Assembly (NCBI RefSeq): GCF_009914755.1
Contig: NC_060941.1
DNA from: the human T2T-CHM13v2.0 reference genome, Homo sapiens
Reading direction: 5' to 3' (one strand)
Length of the DNA: 64,000 nucleotides
Below are positions 39,701 through 54,700 of the stretch, one piece after another. The notes under the pieces are model-generated. The model saw only the letters and a list, made by a program, of their open reading frames with translations. It was not told the DNA's origin and did no database searches. How positions within the stretch are numbered: position 1 is the first letter of the stretch; every line of letters starts with the position of its first letter. A program made the translations under genes and the position numbers.

Positions 39701-42700
39701 AATCTGCAAGTGGACGTTTGGAGGGCTTTGTGGTTTGTGGTGGAAAAGGAAATATCTTCACCTAAATACTAGATAGAAGCATTCTCAGAAACTGCTTTGT
39801 GATGATTGCATTCACCTCACAGAGTTGAACATTCCTATTGATAGAGCAGTTTGGAAACACTCTTGTTGTGGAATGTGCAAGTGGAGATTTGGAGCGCTTT
39901 GAGGCCTATGGTAGTAAAGGGAATAGCTTCATAGAAAAACTAGACAGAAGCATTCTCAGAAAATACTTTGTGATGATTGAGTTTAACTCACAGAGCTGAA
40001 CATTCCTTTGGATGGAGCAGGTTTGAGACACACTTTTTGTAGAATCTACAAGTGGATATTTGGACCTCTCTGAGGATTTCGTTGGAAACGGGATAACTGC
40101 ACCTAACTAAACGGAAGCATTCTCAGAAACTTCTTGGTGATGTTTGCATTCAAATCCCAGAGTTGAACCTTCCTTTGATAGTTCAGGTTTGAAACACTCT
40201 TTTTGTAGGATCTGCAAGTGGATATTTGGACCACTCTGTGGCCTTCGTTCGAAACGGGTATATCTTCGCATAAAATCTAGACAGAAGCCTTCTCAGAAAC
40301 TTCTCTGTGATGATTGCATTCAACTCACAGAGTTGAACCCTCCTATGGATAGAGCAGTGTTGAAACTCTCTTTTTGTGGAATCTGCAAGTGGATATGTGG
40401 ACCTCTCCGAAGATGTCTTTGGAAACGGGAATATCTTCACATAAAAACTAAACAGAAGCATTCTCAGAAACTTCTCTGTGATGTTTGTGTTCAACTCCCA
40501 GAGTTTCACATTGCTTTTCATAGAGTAGTTCTGAAACATGCTTTTCGTAGTGTCTACAAGTGGACATTTGGAGCGCTTTCAGGCCTGTGGTGGAAAACGA
40601 ATTATGGTCACATAAAAACTGGAGAGAAGCATTGTCAGAAACTTCTTTGTGATGATTGCATTCAACTCACAGAGTTGAAGGTTCCTTTTCAAAGAGCAGT
40701 TTCCAATCACTCTTTGTGTGGAATCTGCAAGTGGATATTTGGACCTATTTTGAAGATTTCATTGGAAACGGGAGAATCTTCACAGGAAAGCTAAACAGAA
40801 GCATTCTCAGAAACTTCTTTGTGATGCTTGCATTCAACTCACAGAGTTGAACTTTCCTTTCGAGAGAGAAGCTTTGAAACACTCTTTTTCCAGAATCTGC
40901 AAGTGGACATTTGGAGGGCTTTGAGGCCTGTGGTGGAAAAGGAATTATCTTCCCGTAAAAGCTAGATAGAAGCATTCTCAGAAACTACTTTGTGATGATT
41001 GCATTCAAGTCACAGAGTTGAACATTCCCTTTGACAGAGCAGTTTGGAAACTCTCTTTGTGTAGAATCTGCAAGTGGAGATATGGACCGCTTTGAGGCCT
41101 ATGGTAGTAAAGGAAATAGCTTCATATAAAAGCTAGACAGTAGCATTCACAGAAAACTCTTGGTGACGACTGAGTTTAACTCACAGAGCTGAACATTCCT
41201 TTGGATGGAGCAGTTTCGAAACACACTATTTGTAGAATGTGCAAGTGGATATTTAGGCCTCTCTGAGGATTTCGTTGGAAACGGGATAAACCGCACAGAA
41301 CTAAACAGAAGCATTCTCAGAACCTTCTTCGTGATGTTTGCATTCAACTCACAGTGTTGAACCTTTCTTTGATAGTTCAGGTTTGAAACGGTCTTTCTGT
41401 AGAAACTGCAAGTAGATATTTGGACCTCTCTGAGGATTTCGTTGGAAACGGGATAACCCGCACAGAACTAAAACAGAAGCATTCTCAGAACCCTCTTCGT
41501 GATGTTTGCATTCAACTCACAGTGCTGAACCTTTCTTTGATAGTTCAGCTTTGAAACACTCTTTTTGTAGAAACTGCAAGTGGATATTTGGTCCTCTCTG
41601 AGCATTTCGTTGGAAACGGGATAAACTGCACAGAACTAAACAGAAGCATTCTCAGAACCTTCTTCGTGATGTCTGCATTCAACTCACAGTGTGGAACCTT
41701 TCTTTGATAGTTCAGGTTTGAAACACTCTTTTTGTAGAAACTGCAAGGGGATCATTGCACTCTTTGAGGAGTACCGTAGTAAAGGAAATAACTTCCTATA
41801 AAAAGAAGACAGAAGCTTTCTCAGAAAATTCTTTGGGATGATTGAGTTGAACTCACAGAGCTGAGCATTCCTTGTGATGTAGCAGTTTAGAAACACACTT
41901 TCTGCAGAATCTGCAAGTGCATATTTGGACCTCTGTGAGGAATTCGTTGGAAACGGGATAATTTCAGCTGACTAAACAGAAGCAGTCTCAGAATCTTCTT
42001 TGTGATGTTTGCATTCAAATCCCCGAGTTGAACTTTCCTTTCAAAGTTCACGTTTGAAACACTCTTTTTGCAGGATCTACAAGTGGATATTTGGACCACT
42101 CTGTGTCCTTCGTTCGAAACGGGTATATCTTCACATGACATCTAGACAGAAGCATCCTCAGAAGCTTCTCTGTGATGACTGCATTCAACTCACGGAGTTG
42201 AACACTCCTTTTGAGAGCGCAGTTTTGAAACTCTCTTTCTGTGGCATCTGCAAGGGGACATGTAGACCTCCTTGAAGATTTCGTTGGAAACGGAATCATC
42301 TTCACATAAAAACTACACAGATGCATTCTCAGGAACTTTTTGGTGATGTTTGTATTCAACTCCCAGAGTTGAACTTTCCTTTGGAAAGAGCAGCTATGAA
42401 ACACTGTTTTTCTAGAATCTGCAAGTGGACGTTTGGAGGGCTTTGTGGTTTGTGGTGGAAAAGGAAATATCTTCACCTAAATACTAGATAGAAGCATTCT
42501 CAGAAACTGCTTTGTGATGATTGCATTCACCTCACAGAGTTGAACATTCCTATTGATAGAGCAGTTTGGAAACACTCTTGTTGTGGAATGTGCAAGTGGA
42601 GATTTGGAGCGCTTTGAGGCCTATGGTAGTAAAGGGAATAGCTTCATAGAAAAACTAGACAGAAGCATTCTCAGAAAATACTTTGTGATGATTGAGTTTA

Positions 42701-45700
42701 ACTCACAGAGCTGAACATTCCTTTGGATGGAGCAGGTTTGAGACACACTTTTTGTAGAATCTACAAGTGGATATTTGGACCTCTCTGAGGATTTCGTTGG
42801 AAACGGGATAACTGCACCTAACTAAACGGAAGCATTCTCAGAAACTTCTTGGTGATGTTTGCATTCAAATCCCAGAGTTGAACCTTCCTTTGATAGTTCA
42901 GGTTTGAAACACTCTTTTTGTAGGATCTGCAAGTGGATATTTGGACCACTCTGTGGCCTTCGTTCGAAACGGCTATATCTTCGCATAAAATCTAGACAGA
43001 AGCCTTCTCAGAAACTTCTCTGTGATGATTGCATTCAACTCACAGAGTTGAACCCTCCTATGGATAGAGCAGTGTTGAAACTCTCTTTTTGTGGAATCTG
43101 CAAGTGGATATGTGGACCTCTCCGAAGATGTCTTTGGAAACGGGAATATCTTCACATAAAAACTAAACAGAAGCATTCTCAGAAACTTCTCTGTGATGTT
43201 TGTGTTCAACTCCCAGAGTTTCACATTGCTTTTCATAGAGTAGTTCTGAAACATGCTTTTCGTAGTGTCTACAAGTGGACATTTGGAGCGCTTTCAGGCC
43301 TGTGGTGGAAAACGAATTATGGTCACATAAAAACTGGAGAGAAGCATTGTCAGAAACTTCTTTGTGATGATTGCATTCAACTCACAGGGTTGAAGGTTCC
43401 TTTTCAAAGAGCAGTTTCCAATCACTCTTTCTGTGGAATCTGCAAGTGGATATTTGGACCTATTTTGAAGATTTCGTTGGAAACGGGAGAATCTTCACAG
43501 GAAAGCTAAACAGAAGCATTCTCAGAAACTTCTTTGTGATGCTTGCATTCAACTCACAGAGTTGAACTTTCCTTTCGAGAGAGAAGCTTTGAAACACTCT
43601 TTTTCCAGAATCTGCAAGTGGACATTTGGAGGGCTTTGAGGCCTGTGGTGGAAAAGGAATTATCTTCCCGTAAAAGCTAGATAGAAGCATTCTCAGAAAC
43701 TACTTTGTGATGATTGCATTCAAGTCACAGAGTTGAACATTCCCTTTGACAGAGCAGTTTGGAAACTCTCTTTGTGTAGAATCTGCAAGTGGAGATACGG
43801 ACCGCTTTGAGGCCTATGGTAGTAAAGGAAATAGCTTCATATAAAAGCTAGACAGTAGCATTCACAGAAAACTCTTGGTGACGACTGAGTTTAACTCACA
43901 GAGCTGAACATTCCTTTGGATGGAGCAGTTTCGAAACACACTATTTGTAGAATGTGCAAGTGGATATTTAGGCCTCTCTGAGGATTTCGTTGGAAACGGG
44001 ATAAACCGCACAGAACTAAACAGAAGCATTCTCAGAACCTTCTTCGTGATGTTTGCATTCAACTCACAGTGTTGAACCTTTCTTTGATAGTTCAGGTTTG
44101 AAACGGTCTTTCTGTAGAAACTGCAAGTAGATATTTGGACCTCTCTGAGGATTTCGTTGGAAACGGGATAACCCGCACAGAACTAAAACAGAAGCATTCT
44201 CAGAACCCTCTTCGTGATGTTTGCATTCAACTCACAGTGCTGAACCTTTCTTTGATAGTTCAGCTTTGAAACACTCTTTTTGTAGAAACTGCAAGTGGAT
44301 ATTTGGTCCTCTCTGAGCGTTTCGTTGGAAACGGGATAAACTGCACAGAACTAAACAGAAGCATTCTCAGAACCTTCTTCGTGATGTCTGCATTCAACTC
44401 ACAGTGTGGAACCTTTCTTTGATAGTTCAGGTTTGAAACACTCTTTTTGTAGAAACTGCAAGGGGATAATTGCACTCTTTGAGGAGTACCGTAGTAAAGG
44501 AAATAACTTCCTATAAAAAGAAGACAGAAGCTTTCTCAGAAAATTCTTTGGGATGATTGAGTTGAACTCACAGAGCTGAGCATTCCTTGCGATGTAGCAG
44601 TTTAGAAACACACTTTCTGCAGAATCTGCAAGTGCATATTTGGACCTCTGTGAGGAATTCGTTGGAAACGGGATAATTTCAGCTGACTAAACAGAAGCAG
44701 TCTCAGAATCTTCTTTGTGATGTTTGCATTCAAATCCCCGAGTTGAACTTTCCTTTCAAAGTTCACGTTTGAAACACTCTTTTTGCAGGATCTACAAGTG
44801 GATATTTGGACCACTCTGTGTCCTTCGTTCGAAACGGGTATATCTTCACATGACATCTAGACAGAAGCATCCTCAGAAGCTTCTCTGTGATGACTGCATT
44901 CAACTCACGGAGTTGAACACTCCTTTTGAGAGCGCAGTTTTGAAACTCTCTTTCTGTGGCATCTGCAAGGGGACATGTAGACCTCCTTGAAGATTTCGTT
45001 GGAAACGGAATCATCTTCACATAAAAACTACACAGATGCATTCTCAGGAACTTTTTGGTGATGTTTGTATTCAACTCCCAGAGTTGAACTTTCCTTTGGA
45101 AAGAGCAGCTATGAAACACTGTTTTTCTAGAATCTGCAAGTGGACGTTTGGAGGGCTTTGTGGTTTGTGGTGGAAAAGGAAATATCTTCACCTAAATACT
45201 AGATAGAAGCATTCTCAGAAACTGCTTTGTGATGATTGCATTCACCTCACAGAGTTGAACATTCCTATTGATAGAGCAGTTTGGAAACACTCTTGTTGTG
45301 GAATGTGCAAGTGGAGATTTGGAGCGCTTTGAGGCCTATGGTAGTAAAGGGAATAGCTTCATAGAAAAACTAGACAGAAGCATTCTCAGAAAATACTTTG
45401 TGATGATTGAGTTTAACTCACAGAGCTGAACATTCCTTTGGATGGAGCAGGTTTGAGACACACTTTTTGTAGAATCTACAAGTGGATATTTGGACCTCTC
45501 TGAGGATTTCGTTGGAAACGGGATAACTGCACCTAACTAAACGGAAGCATTCTCAGAAACTTCTTGGTGATGTTTGCATTCAAATCCCAGAGTTGAACCT
45601 TCCTTTGATAGTTCAGGTTTGAAACACTCTTTTTGTAGGATCTGCAAGTGGATATTTGGACCACTCTGTGGCCTTCGTTCGAAACGGGTATATCTTCGCA

Positions 45701-48700
45701 TAAAATCTAGACAGAAGCCTTCTCAGAAACTTCTCTGTGATGATTGCATTCAACTCACAGAGTTGAACCCTCCTATGGATAGAGCAGTGTTGAAACTCTC
45801 TTTTTGTGGAATCTGCAAGTGGATATGTGGACCTCTCCGAAGATGTCTTTGGAAACGGGAATATCTTCACATAAAAACTAAACAGAAGCATTCTCAGAAA
45901 CTTCTCTGTGATGTTTGTGTTCAACTCCCAGAGTTTCACATTGCTTTTCATAGAGTAGTTCTGAAACATGCTTTTCGTAGTGTCTACAAGTGGACATTTG
46001 GAGCGCTTTCAGGCCTGTGGTGGAAAACGAATTATGGTCACATAAAAACTGGAGAGAAGCATTGTCAGAAACTTCTTTGTGATGATTGCATTCAACTCAC
46101 AGGGTTGAAGGTTCCTTTTCAAAGAGCAGTTTCCAATCACTCTTTCTGTGGAATCTGCAAGTGGATATTTGGACCTATTTTGAAGATTTCGTTGGAAACG
46201 GGAGAATCTTCACAGGAAAGCTAAACAGAAGCATTCTCAGAAACTTCTTTGTGATGCTTGCATTCAACTCACAGAGTTGAACTTTCCTTTCGAGAGAGAA
46301 GCTTTGAAACACTCTTTTTCCAGAATCTGCAAGTGGACATTTGGAGGGCTTTGAGGCCTGTGGTGGAAAAGGAATTATCTTCCCGTAAAAGCTAGATAGA
46401 AGCATTCTCAGAAACTACTTTGTGATGATTGCATTCAAGTCACAGAGTTGAACATTCCCTTTGACAGAGCAGTTTGGAAACTCTCTTTGTGTAGAATCTG
46501 CAAGTGGAGATACGGACCGCTTTGAGGCCTATGGTAGTAAAGGAAATAGCTTCATATAAAAGCTAGACAGTAGCATTCACAGAAAACTCTTGGTGACGAC
46601 TGAGTTTAACTCACAGAGCTGAACATTCCTTTGGATGGAGCAGTTTCGAAACACACTATTTGTAGAATGTGCAAGTGGATATTTAGGCCTCTCTGAGGAT
46701 TTCGTTGGAAACGGGATAAACCGCACAGAACTAAACAGAAGCATTCTCAGAACCTTCTTCGTGATGTTTGCATTCAACTCACAGTGTTGAACCTTTCTTT
46801 GATAGTTCAGGTTTGAAACGGTCTTTCTGTAGAAACTGCAAGTAGATATTTGGACCTCTCTGAGGATTTCGTTGGAAACGGGATAACCCGCACAGAACTA
46901 AAACAGAAGCATTCTCAGAACCCTCTTCGTGATGTTTGCATTCAACTCACAGTGCTGAACCTTTCTTTGATAGTTCAGCTTTGAAACACTCTTTTTGTAG
47001 AAACTGCAAGTGGATATTTGGTCCTCTCTGAGCGTTTCGTTGGAAACGGGATAAACTGCACAGAACTAAACAGAAGCATTCTCAGAACCTTCTTCGTGAT
47101 GTCTGCATTCAACTCACAGTGTGGAACCTTTCTTTGATAGTTCAGGTTTGAAACACTCTTTTTGTAGAAACTGCAAGGGGATAATTGCACTCTTTGAGGA
47201 GTACCGTAGTAAAGGAAATAACTTCCTATAAAAAGAAGACAGAAGCTTTCTCAGAAAATTCTCTGGGATGATTGAGTTGAACTCACAGAGCTGAGCATTC
47301 CTTGCGATGTAGCAGTTTAGAAACACACTTTCTGCAGAATCTGCAAGTGCATATTTGGACCTCTGTGAGGAATTCGTTGGAAACGGGATAATTTCAGCTG
47401 ACTAAACAGAAGCAGTCTCAGAATCTTCTTTGTGATGTTTGCATTCAAATCCCCGAGTTGAACTTTCCTTTCAAAGTTCACGTTTGAAACACTCTTTTTG
47501 CAGGATCTACAAGTGGATATTTGGACCACTCTGTGTCCTTCGTTCGAAACGGGTATATCTTCACATGACATCTAGACAGAAGCATCCTCAGAAGCTTCTC
47601 TGTGATGACTGCATTCAACTCACGGAGTTGAACACTCCTTTTGAGAGCGCAGTTTTGAAACTCTCTTTCTGTGGCATCTGCAAGGGGACATGTAGACCTC
47701 CTTGAAGATTTCGTTGGAAACGGAATCATCTTCACATAAAAACTACACAGATGCATTCTCAGGAACTTTTTGGTGATGTTTGTATTCAACTCCCAGAGTT
47801 GAACTTTCCTTTGGAAAGAGCAGCTATGAAACACTGTTTTTCTAGAATCTGCAAGTGGACGTTTGGAGGGCTTTGTGGTTTGTGGTGGAAAAGGAAATAT
47901 CTTCACCTAAATACTAGATAGAAGCATTCTCAGAAACTGCTTTGTGATGATTGCATTCACCTCACAGAGTTGAACATTCCTATTGATAGAGCAGTTTGGA
48001 AACACTCTTGTTGTGGAATGTGCAAGTGGAGATTTGGAGCGCTTTGAGGCCTATGGTAGTAAAGGGAATAGCTTCATAGAAAAACTAGACAGAAGCATTC
48101 TCAGAAAATACTTTGTGATGATTGAGTTTAACTCACAGAGCTGAACATTCCTTTGGATGGAGCAGGTTTGAGACACACTTTTTGTAGAATCTACAAGTGG
48201 ATATTTGGACCTCTCTGAGGATTTCGTTGGAAACGGGATAACTGCACCTAACTAAACGGAAGCATTCTCAGAAACTTCTTGGTGATGTTTGCATTCAAAT
48301 CCCAGAGTTGAACCTTCCTTTGATAGTTCAGGTTTGAAACACTCTTTTTGTAGGATCTGCAAGTGGATATTTGGACCACTCTGTGGCCTTCGTTCGAAAC
48401 GGGTATATCTTCGCATAAAATCTAGACAGAAGCCTTCTCAGAAACTTCTCTGTGATGATTGCATTCAACTCACAGAGTTGAACCCTCCTATGGATAGAGC
48501 AGTGTTGAAACTCTCTTTTTGTGGAATCTGCAAGTGGATATGTGGACCTCTCCGAAGATGTCTTTGGAAACGGGAATATCTTCACATAAAAACTAAACAG
48601 AAGCATTCTCAGAAACTTCTCTGTGATGTTTGTGTTCAACTCCCAGAGTTTCACATTGCTTTTCATAGAGTAGTTCTGAAACATGCTTTTCGTAGTGTCT

Positions 48701-51700
48701 ACAAGTGGACATTTGGAGCGCTTTCAGGCCTGTGGTGGAAAACGAATTATGGTCACATAAAAACTGGAGAGAAGCATTGTCAGAAACTTCTTTGTGATGA
48801 TTGCATTCAACTCACAGGGTTGAAGGTTCCTTTTCAAAGAGCAGTTTCCAATCACTCTTTCTGTGGAATCTGCAAGTGGATATTTGGACCTATTTTGAAG
48901 ATTTCGTTGGAAACGGGAGAATCTTCACAGGAAAGCTAAACAGAAGCATTCTCAGAAACTTCTTTGTGATGCTTGCATTCAACTCACAGAGTTGAACTTT
49001 CCTTTCGAGAGAGAAGCTTTGAAACACTCTTTTTCCAGAATCTGCAAGTGGACATTTGGAGGGCTTTGAGGCCTGTGGTGGAAAAGGAATTATCTTCCCG
49101 TAAAAGCTAGATAGAAGCATTCTCAGAAACTACTTTGTGATGATTGCATTCAAGTCACAGAGTTGAACATTCCCTTTGACAGAGCAGTTTGGAAACTCTC
49201 TTTGTGTAGAATCTGCAAGTGGAGATACGGACCGCTTTGAGGCCTATGGTAGTAAAGGAAATAGCTTCATATAAAAGCTAGACAGTAGCATTCACAGAAA
49301 ACTCTTGGTGACGACTGAGTTTAACTCACAGAGCTGAACATTCCTTTGGATGGAGCAGTTTCGAAACACACTATTTGTAGAATGTGCAAGTGGATATTTA
49401 GGCCTCTCTGAGGATTTCGTTGGAAACGGGATAAACCGCACAGAACTAAACAGAAGCATTCTCAGAACCTTCTTCGTGATGTTTGCATTCAACTCACAGT
49501 GTTGAACCTTTCTTTGATAGTTCAGGTTTGAAACGGTCTTTCTGTAGAAACTGCAAGTAGATATTTGGACCTCTCTGAGGATTTCGTTGGAAACGGGATA
49601 ACCCGCACAGAACTAAAACAGAAGCATTCTCAGAACCCTCTTCGTGATGTTTGCATTCAACTCACAGTGCTGAACCTTTCTTTGATAGTTCAGCTTTGAA
49701 ACACTCTTTTTGTAGAAACTGCAAGTGGATATTTGGTCCTCTCTGAGCATTTCGTTGGAAACGGGATAAACTGCACAGAACTAAACAGAAGCATTCTCAG
49801 AACCTTCTTCGTGATGTCTGCATTCAACTCACAGTGTGGAACCTTTCTTTGATAGTTCAGGTTTGAAACACTCTTTTTGTAGAAACTGCAAGGGGATCAT
49901 TGCACTCTTTGAGGAGTACCGTAGTAAAGGAAATAACTTCCTATAAAAAGAAGACAGAAGCTTTCTCAGAAAATTCTTTGGGATGATTGAGTTGAACTCA
50001 CAGAGCTGAGCATTCCTTGTGATGTAGCAGTTTAGAAACACACTTTCTGCAGAATCTGCAAGTGCATATTTGGACCTCTGTGAGGAATTCGTTGGAAACG
50101 GGATAATTTCAGCTGACTAAACAGAAGCAGTCTCAGAATCTTCTTTGTGATGTTTGCATTCAAATCCCCGAGTTGAACTTTCCTTTCAAAGTTCACGTTT
50201 GAAACACTCTTTTTGCAGGATCTACAAGTGGATATTTGGACCACTCTGTGTCCTTCGTTCGAAACGGGTATATCTTCACATGACATCTAGACAGAAGCAT
50301 CCTCAGAAGCTTCTCTGTGATGACTGCATTCAACTCACGGAGTTGAACACTCCTTTTGAGAGCGCAGTTTTGAAACTCTCTTTCTGTGGCATCTGCAAGG
50401 GGACATGTAGACCTCCTTGAAGATTTCGTTGGAAACGGAATCATCTTCACATAAAAACTACACAGATGCATTCTCAGGAACTTTTTGGTGATGTTTGTAT
50501 TCAACTCCCAGAGTTGAACTTTCCTTTGGAAAGAGCAGCTATGAAACACTGTTTTTCTAGAATCTGCAAGTGGACGTTTGGAGGGCTTTGTGGTTTGTGG
50601 TGGAAAAGGAAATATCTTCACCTAAATACTAGATAGAAGCATTCTCAGAAACTGCTTTGTGATGATTGCATTCACCTCACAGAGTTGAACATTCCTATTG
50701 ATAGAGCAGTTTGGAAACACTCTTGTTGTGGAATGTGCAAGTGGAGATTTGGAGCGCTTTGAGGCCTATGGTAGTAAAGGGAATAGCTTCATAGAAAAAC
50801 TAGACAGAAGCATTCTCAGAAAATACTTTGTGATGATTGAGTTTAACTCACAGAGCTGAACATTCCTTTGGATGGAGCAGGTTTGAGACACACTTTTTGT
50901 AGAATCTACAAGTGGATATTTGGACCTCTCTGAGGATTTCGTTGGAAACGGGATAACTGCACCTAACTAAACGGAAGCATTCTCAGAAACTTCTTGGTGA
51001 TGTTTGCATTCAAATCCCAGAGTTGAACCTTCCTTTGATAGTTCAGGTTTGAAGCACTCTTTTTGTAGGATCTGCAAGTGGATATTTGGACCACTCTGTG
51101 GCCTTCGTTCGAAACGGGTATATCTTCGCATAAAATCTAGACAGAAGCCTTCTCAGAAACTTCTCTGTGATGATTGCATTCAACTCACAGAGTTGAACCC
51201 TCCTATGGATAGAGCAGTGTTGAAACTCTCTTTTTGTGGAATCTGCAAGTGGATATGTGGACCTCTCCGAAGATGTCTTTGGAAACGGGAATATCTTCAC
51301 ATAAAAACTAAACAGAAGCATTCTCAGAAACTTCTCTGTGATGTTTGTGTTCAACTCCCAGAGTTTCACATTGCTTTTCATAGAGTAGTTCTGAAACATG
51401 CTTTTCGTAGTGTCTACAAGTGGACATTTGGAGCGCTTTCAGGCCTGTGGTGGAAAACGAATTATGGTCACATAAAAACTGGAGAGAAGCATTGTCAGAA
51501 ACTTCTTTGTGATGATTGCATTCAACTCACAGAGTTGAAGGTTCCTTTTCAAAGAGCAGTTTCCAATCACTCTTTGTGTGGAATCTGCAAGTGGATATTT
51601 GGACCTATTTTGAAGATTTCGTTGGAAACGGGAGAATCTTCACAGGAAAGCTAAACAGAAGCATTCTCAGAAACTTCTTTGTGATGCTTGCATTCAACTC

Positions 51701-54700
51701 ACAGAGTTGAACTTTCCTTTCGAGAGAGAAGCTTTGAAACACTCTTTTTCCAGAATCTGCAAGTGGACATTTGGAGGGCTTTGAGGCCTGTGGTGGAAAA
51801 GGAATTATCTTCCCGTAAAAGCTAGATAGAAGCATTCTCAGAAACTACTTTGTGATGATTGCATTCAAGTCACAGAGTTGAACATTCCCTTTGACAGAGC
51901 AGTTTGGAAACTCTCTTTGTGTAGAATCTGCAAGTGGAGATATGGACCGCTTTGAGGCCTATGGTAGTAAAGGAAATAGCTTCATATAAAAGCTAGACAG
52001 TAGCATTCACAGAAAACTCTTGGTGACGACTGAGTTTAACTCACAGAGCTGAACATTCCTTTGGATGGAGCAGTTTCGAAACACACTATTTGTAGAATGT
52101 GCAAGTGGATATTTAGGCCTCTCTGAGGATTTCGTTGGAAACGGGATAAACCGCACAGAACTAAACAGAAGCATTCTCAGAACCTTCTTCGTGATGTTTG
52201 CATTCAACTCACAGTGTTGAACCTTTCTTTGATAGTTCAGGTTTGAAACGGTCTTTCTGTAGAAACTGCAAGTAGATATTTGGACCTCTCTGAGGATTTC
52301 GTTGGAAACGGGATAACCCGCACAGAACTAAAACAGAAGCATTCTCAGAACCCTCTTCGTGATGTTTGCATTCAACTCACAGTGCTGAACCTTTCTTTGA
52401 TAGTTCAGCTTTGAAACACTCTTTTTGTAGAAACTGCAAGTGGATATTTGGTCCTCTCTGAGCATTTCGTTGGAAACGGGATAAACTGCACAGAACTAAA
52501 CAGAAGCATTCTCAGAACCTTCTTCGTGATGTCTGCATTCAACTCACAGTGTGGAACCTTTCTTTGATAGTTCAGGTTTGAAACACTCTTTTTGTAGAAA
52601 CTGCAAGGGGATCATTGCACTCTTTGAGGAGTACCGTAGTAAAGGAAATAACTTCCTATAAAAAGAAGACAGAAGCTTTCTCAGAAAATTCTTTGGGATG
52701 ATTGAGTTGAACTCACAGAGCTGAGCATTCCTTGCGATGTAGCAGTTTAGAAACACACTTTCTGCAGAATCTGCAAGTGCATATTTGGACCTCTGTGAGG
52801 AATTCGTTGGAAACGGGATAATTTCAGCTGACTAAACAGAAGCAGTCTCAGAATCTTCTTTGTGATGTTTGCATTCAAATCCCCGAGTTGAACTTTCCTT
52901 TCAAAGTTCACGTTTGAAACACTCTTTTTGCAGGATCTACAAGTGGATATTTGGACCACTCTGTGTCCTTCGTTCGAAACGGGTATATCTTCACATGACA
53001 TCTAGACAGAAGCATCCTCAGAAGCTTCTCTGTGATGACTGCATTCAACTCACGGAGTTGAACACTCCTTTTGAGAGCGCAGTTTTGAAACTCTCTTTCT
53101 GTGGCATCTGCAAGGGGACATGTAGACCTCCTTGAAGATTTCGTTGGAAACGGAATCATCTTCACATAAAAACTACACAGATGCATTCTCAGGAACTTTT
53201 TGGTGATGTTTGTATTCAACTCCCAGAGTTGAACTTTCCTTTGGAAAGAGCAGCTATGAAACACTCTTTTTCTAGAATCTGCAAGTGGACGTTTGGAGGG
53301 CTTTGTGGTTTGTGGTGGAAAAGGAAATATCTTCACCTAAATACTAGATAGAAGCATTCTCAGAAACTGCTTTGTGATGATTGCATTCACCTCACAGAGT
53401 TGAACATTCCTATTGATAGAGCAGTTTGGAAACACTCTTGTTGTGGAATGTGCAAGTGGAGATTTGGAGCGCTTTGAGGCCTATGGTAGTAAAGGGAATA
53501 GCTTCATAGAAAAACTAGACAGAAGCATTCTCAGAAAATACTTTGTGATGATTGAGTTTAACTCACAGAGCTGAACATTCCTTTGGATGGAGCAGGTTTG
53601 AGACACACTTTTTGTAGAATCTACAAGTGGATATTTGGACCTCTCTGAGGATTTCGTTGGAAACGGGATAACTGCACCTAACTAAACGGAAGCATTCTCA
53701 GAAACTTCTTGGTGATGTTTGCATTCAAATCCCAGAGTTGAACCTTCCTTTGATAGTTCAGGTTTGAAACACTCTTTTTGTAGGATCTGCAAGTGGATAT
53801 TTGGACCACTCTGTGGCCTTCGTTCGAAACGGGTATATCTTCGCATAAAATCTAGACAGAAGCCTTCTCAGAAACTTCTCTGTGATGATTGCATTCAACT
53901 CACAGAGTTGAACCCTCCTATGGATAGAGCAGTGTTGAAACTCTCTTTTTGTGGAATCTGCAAGTGGATATGTGGACCTCTCCGAAGATGTCTTTGGAAA
54001 CGGGAATATCTTCACATAAAAACTAAACAGAAGCATTCTCAGAAACTTCTCTGTGATGTTTGTGTTCAACTCCCAGAGTTTCACATTGCTTTTCATAGAG
54101 TAGTTCTGAAACATGCTTTTCGTAGTGTCTACAAGTGGACATTTGGAGCGCTTTCAGGCCTGTGGTGGAAAACGAATTATGGTCACATAAAAACTGGAGA
54201 GAAGCATTGTCAGAAACTTCTTTGTGATGATTGCATTCAACTCACAGAGTTGAAGGTTCCTTTTCAAAGAGCAGTTTCCAATCACTCTTTGTGTGGAATC
54301 TGCAAGTGGATATTTGGACCTATTTTGAAGATTTCGTTGGAAACGGGAGAATCTTCACAGGAAAGCTAAACAGAAGCATTCTCAGAAACTTCTTTGTGAT
54401 GCTTGCATTCAACTCACAGAGTTGAACTTTCCTTTCGAGAGAGAAGCTTTGAAACACTCTTTTTCCAGAATCTGCAAGTGGACATTTGGAGGGCTTTGAG
54501 GCCTGTGGTGGAAAAGGAATTATCTTCCCGTAAAAGCTAGATAGAAGCATTCTCAGAAACTACTTTGTGATGATTGCATTCAAGTCACAGAGTTGAACAT
54601 TCCCTTTGACAGAGCAGTTTGGAAACTCTCTTTGTGTAGAATCTGCAAGTGGAGATATGGACCGCTTTGAGGCCTATGGTAGTAAAGGAAATAGCTTCAT

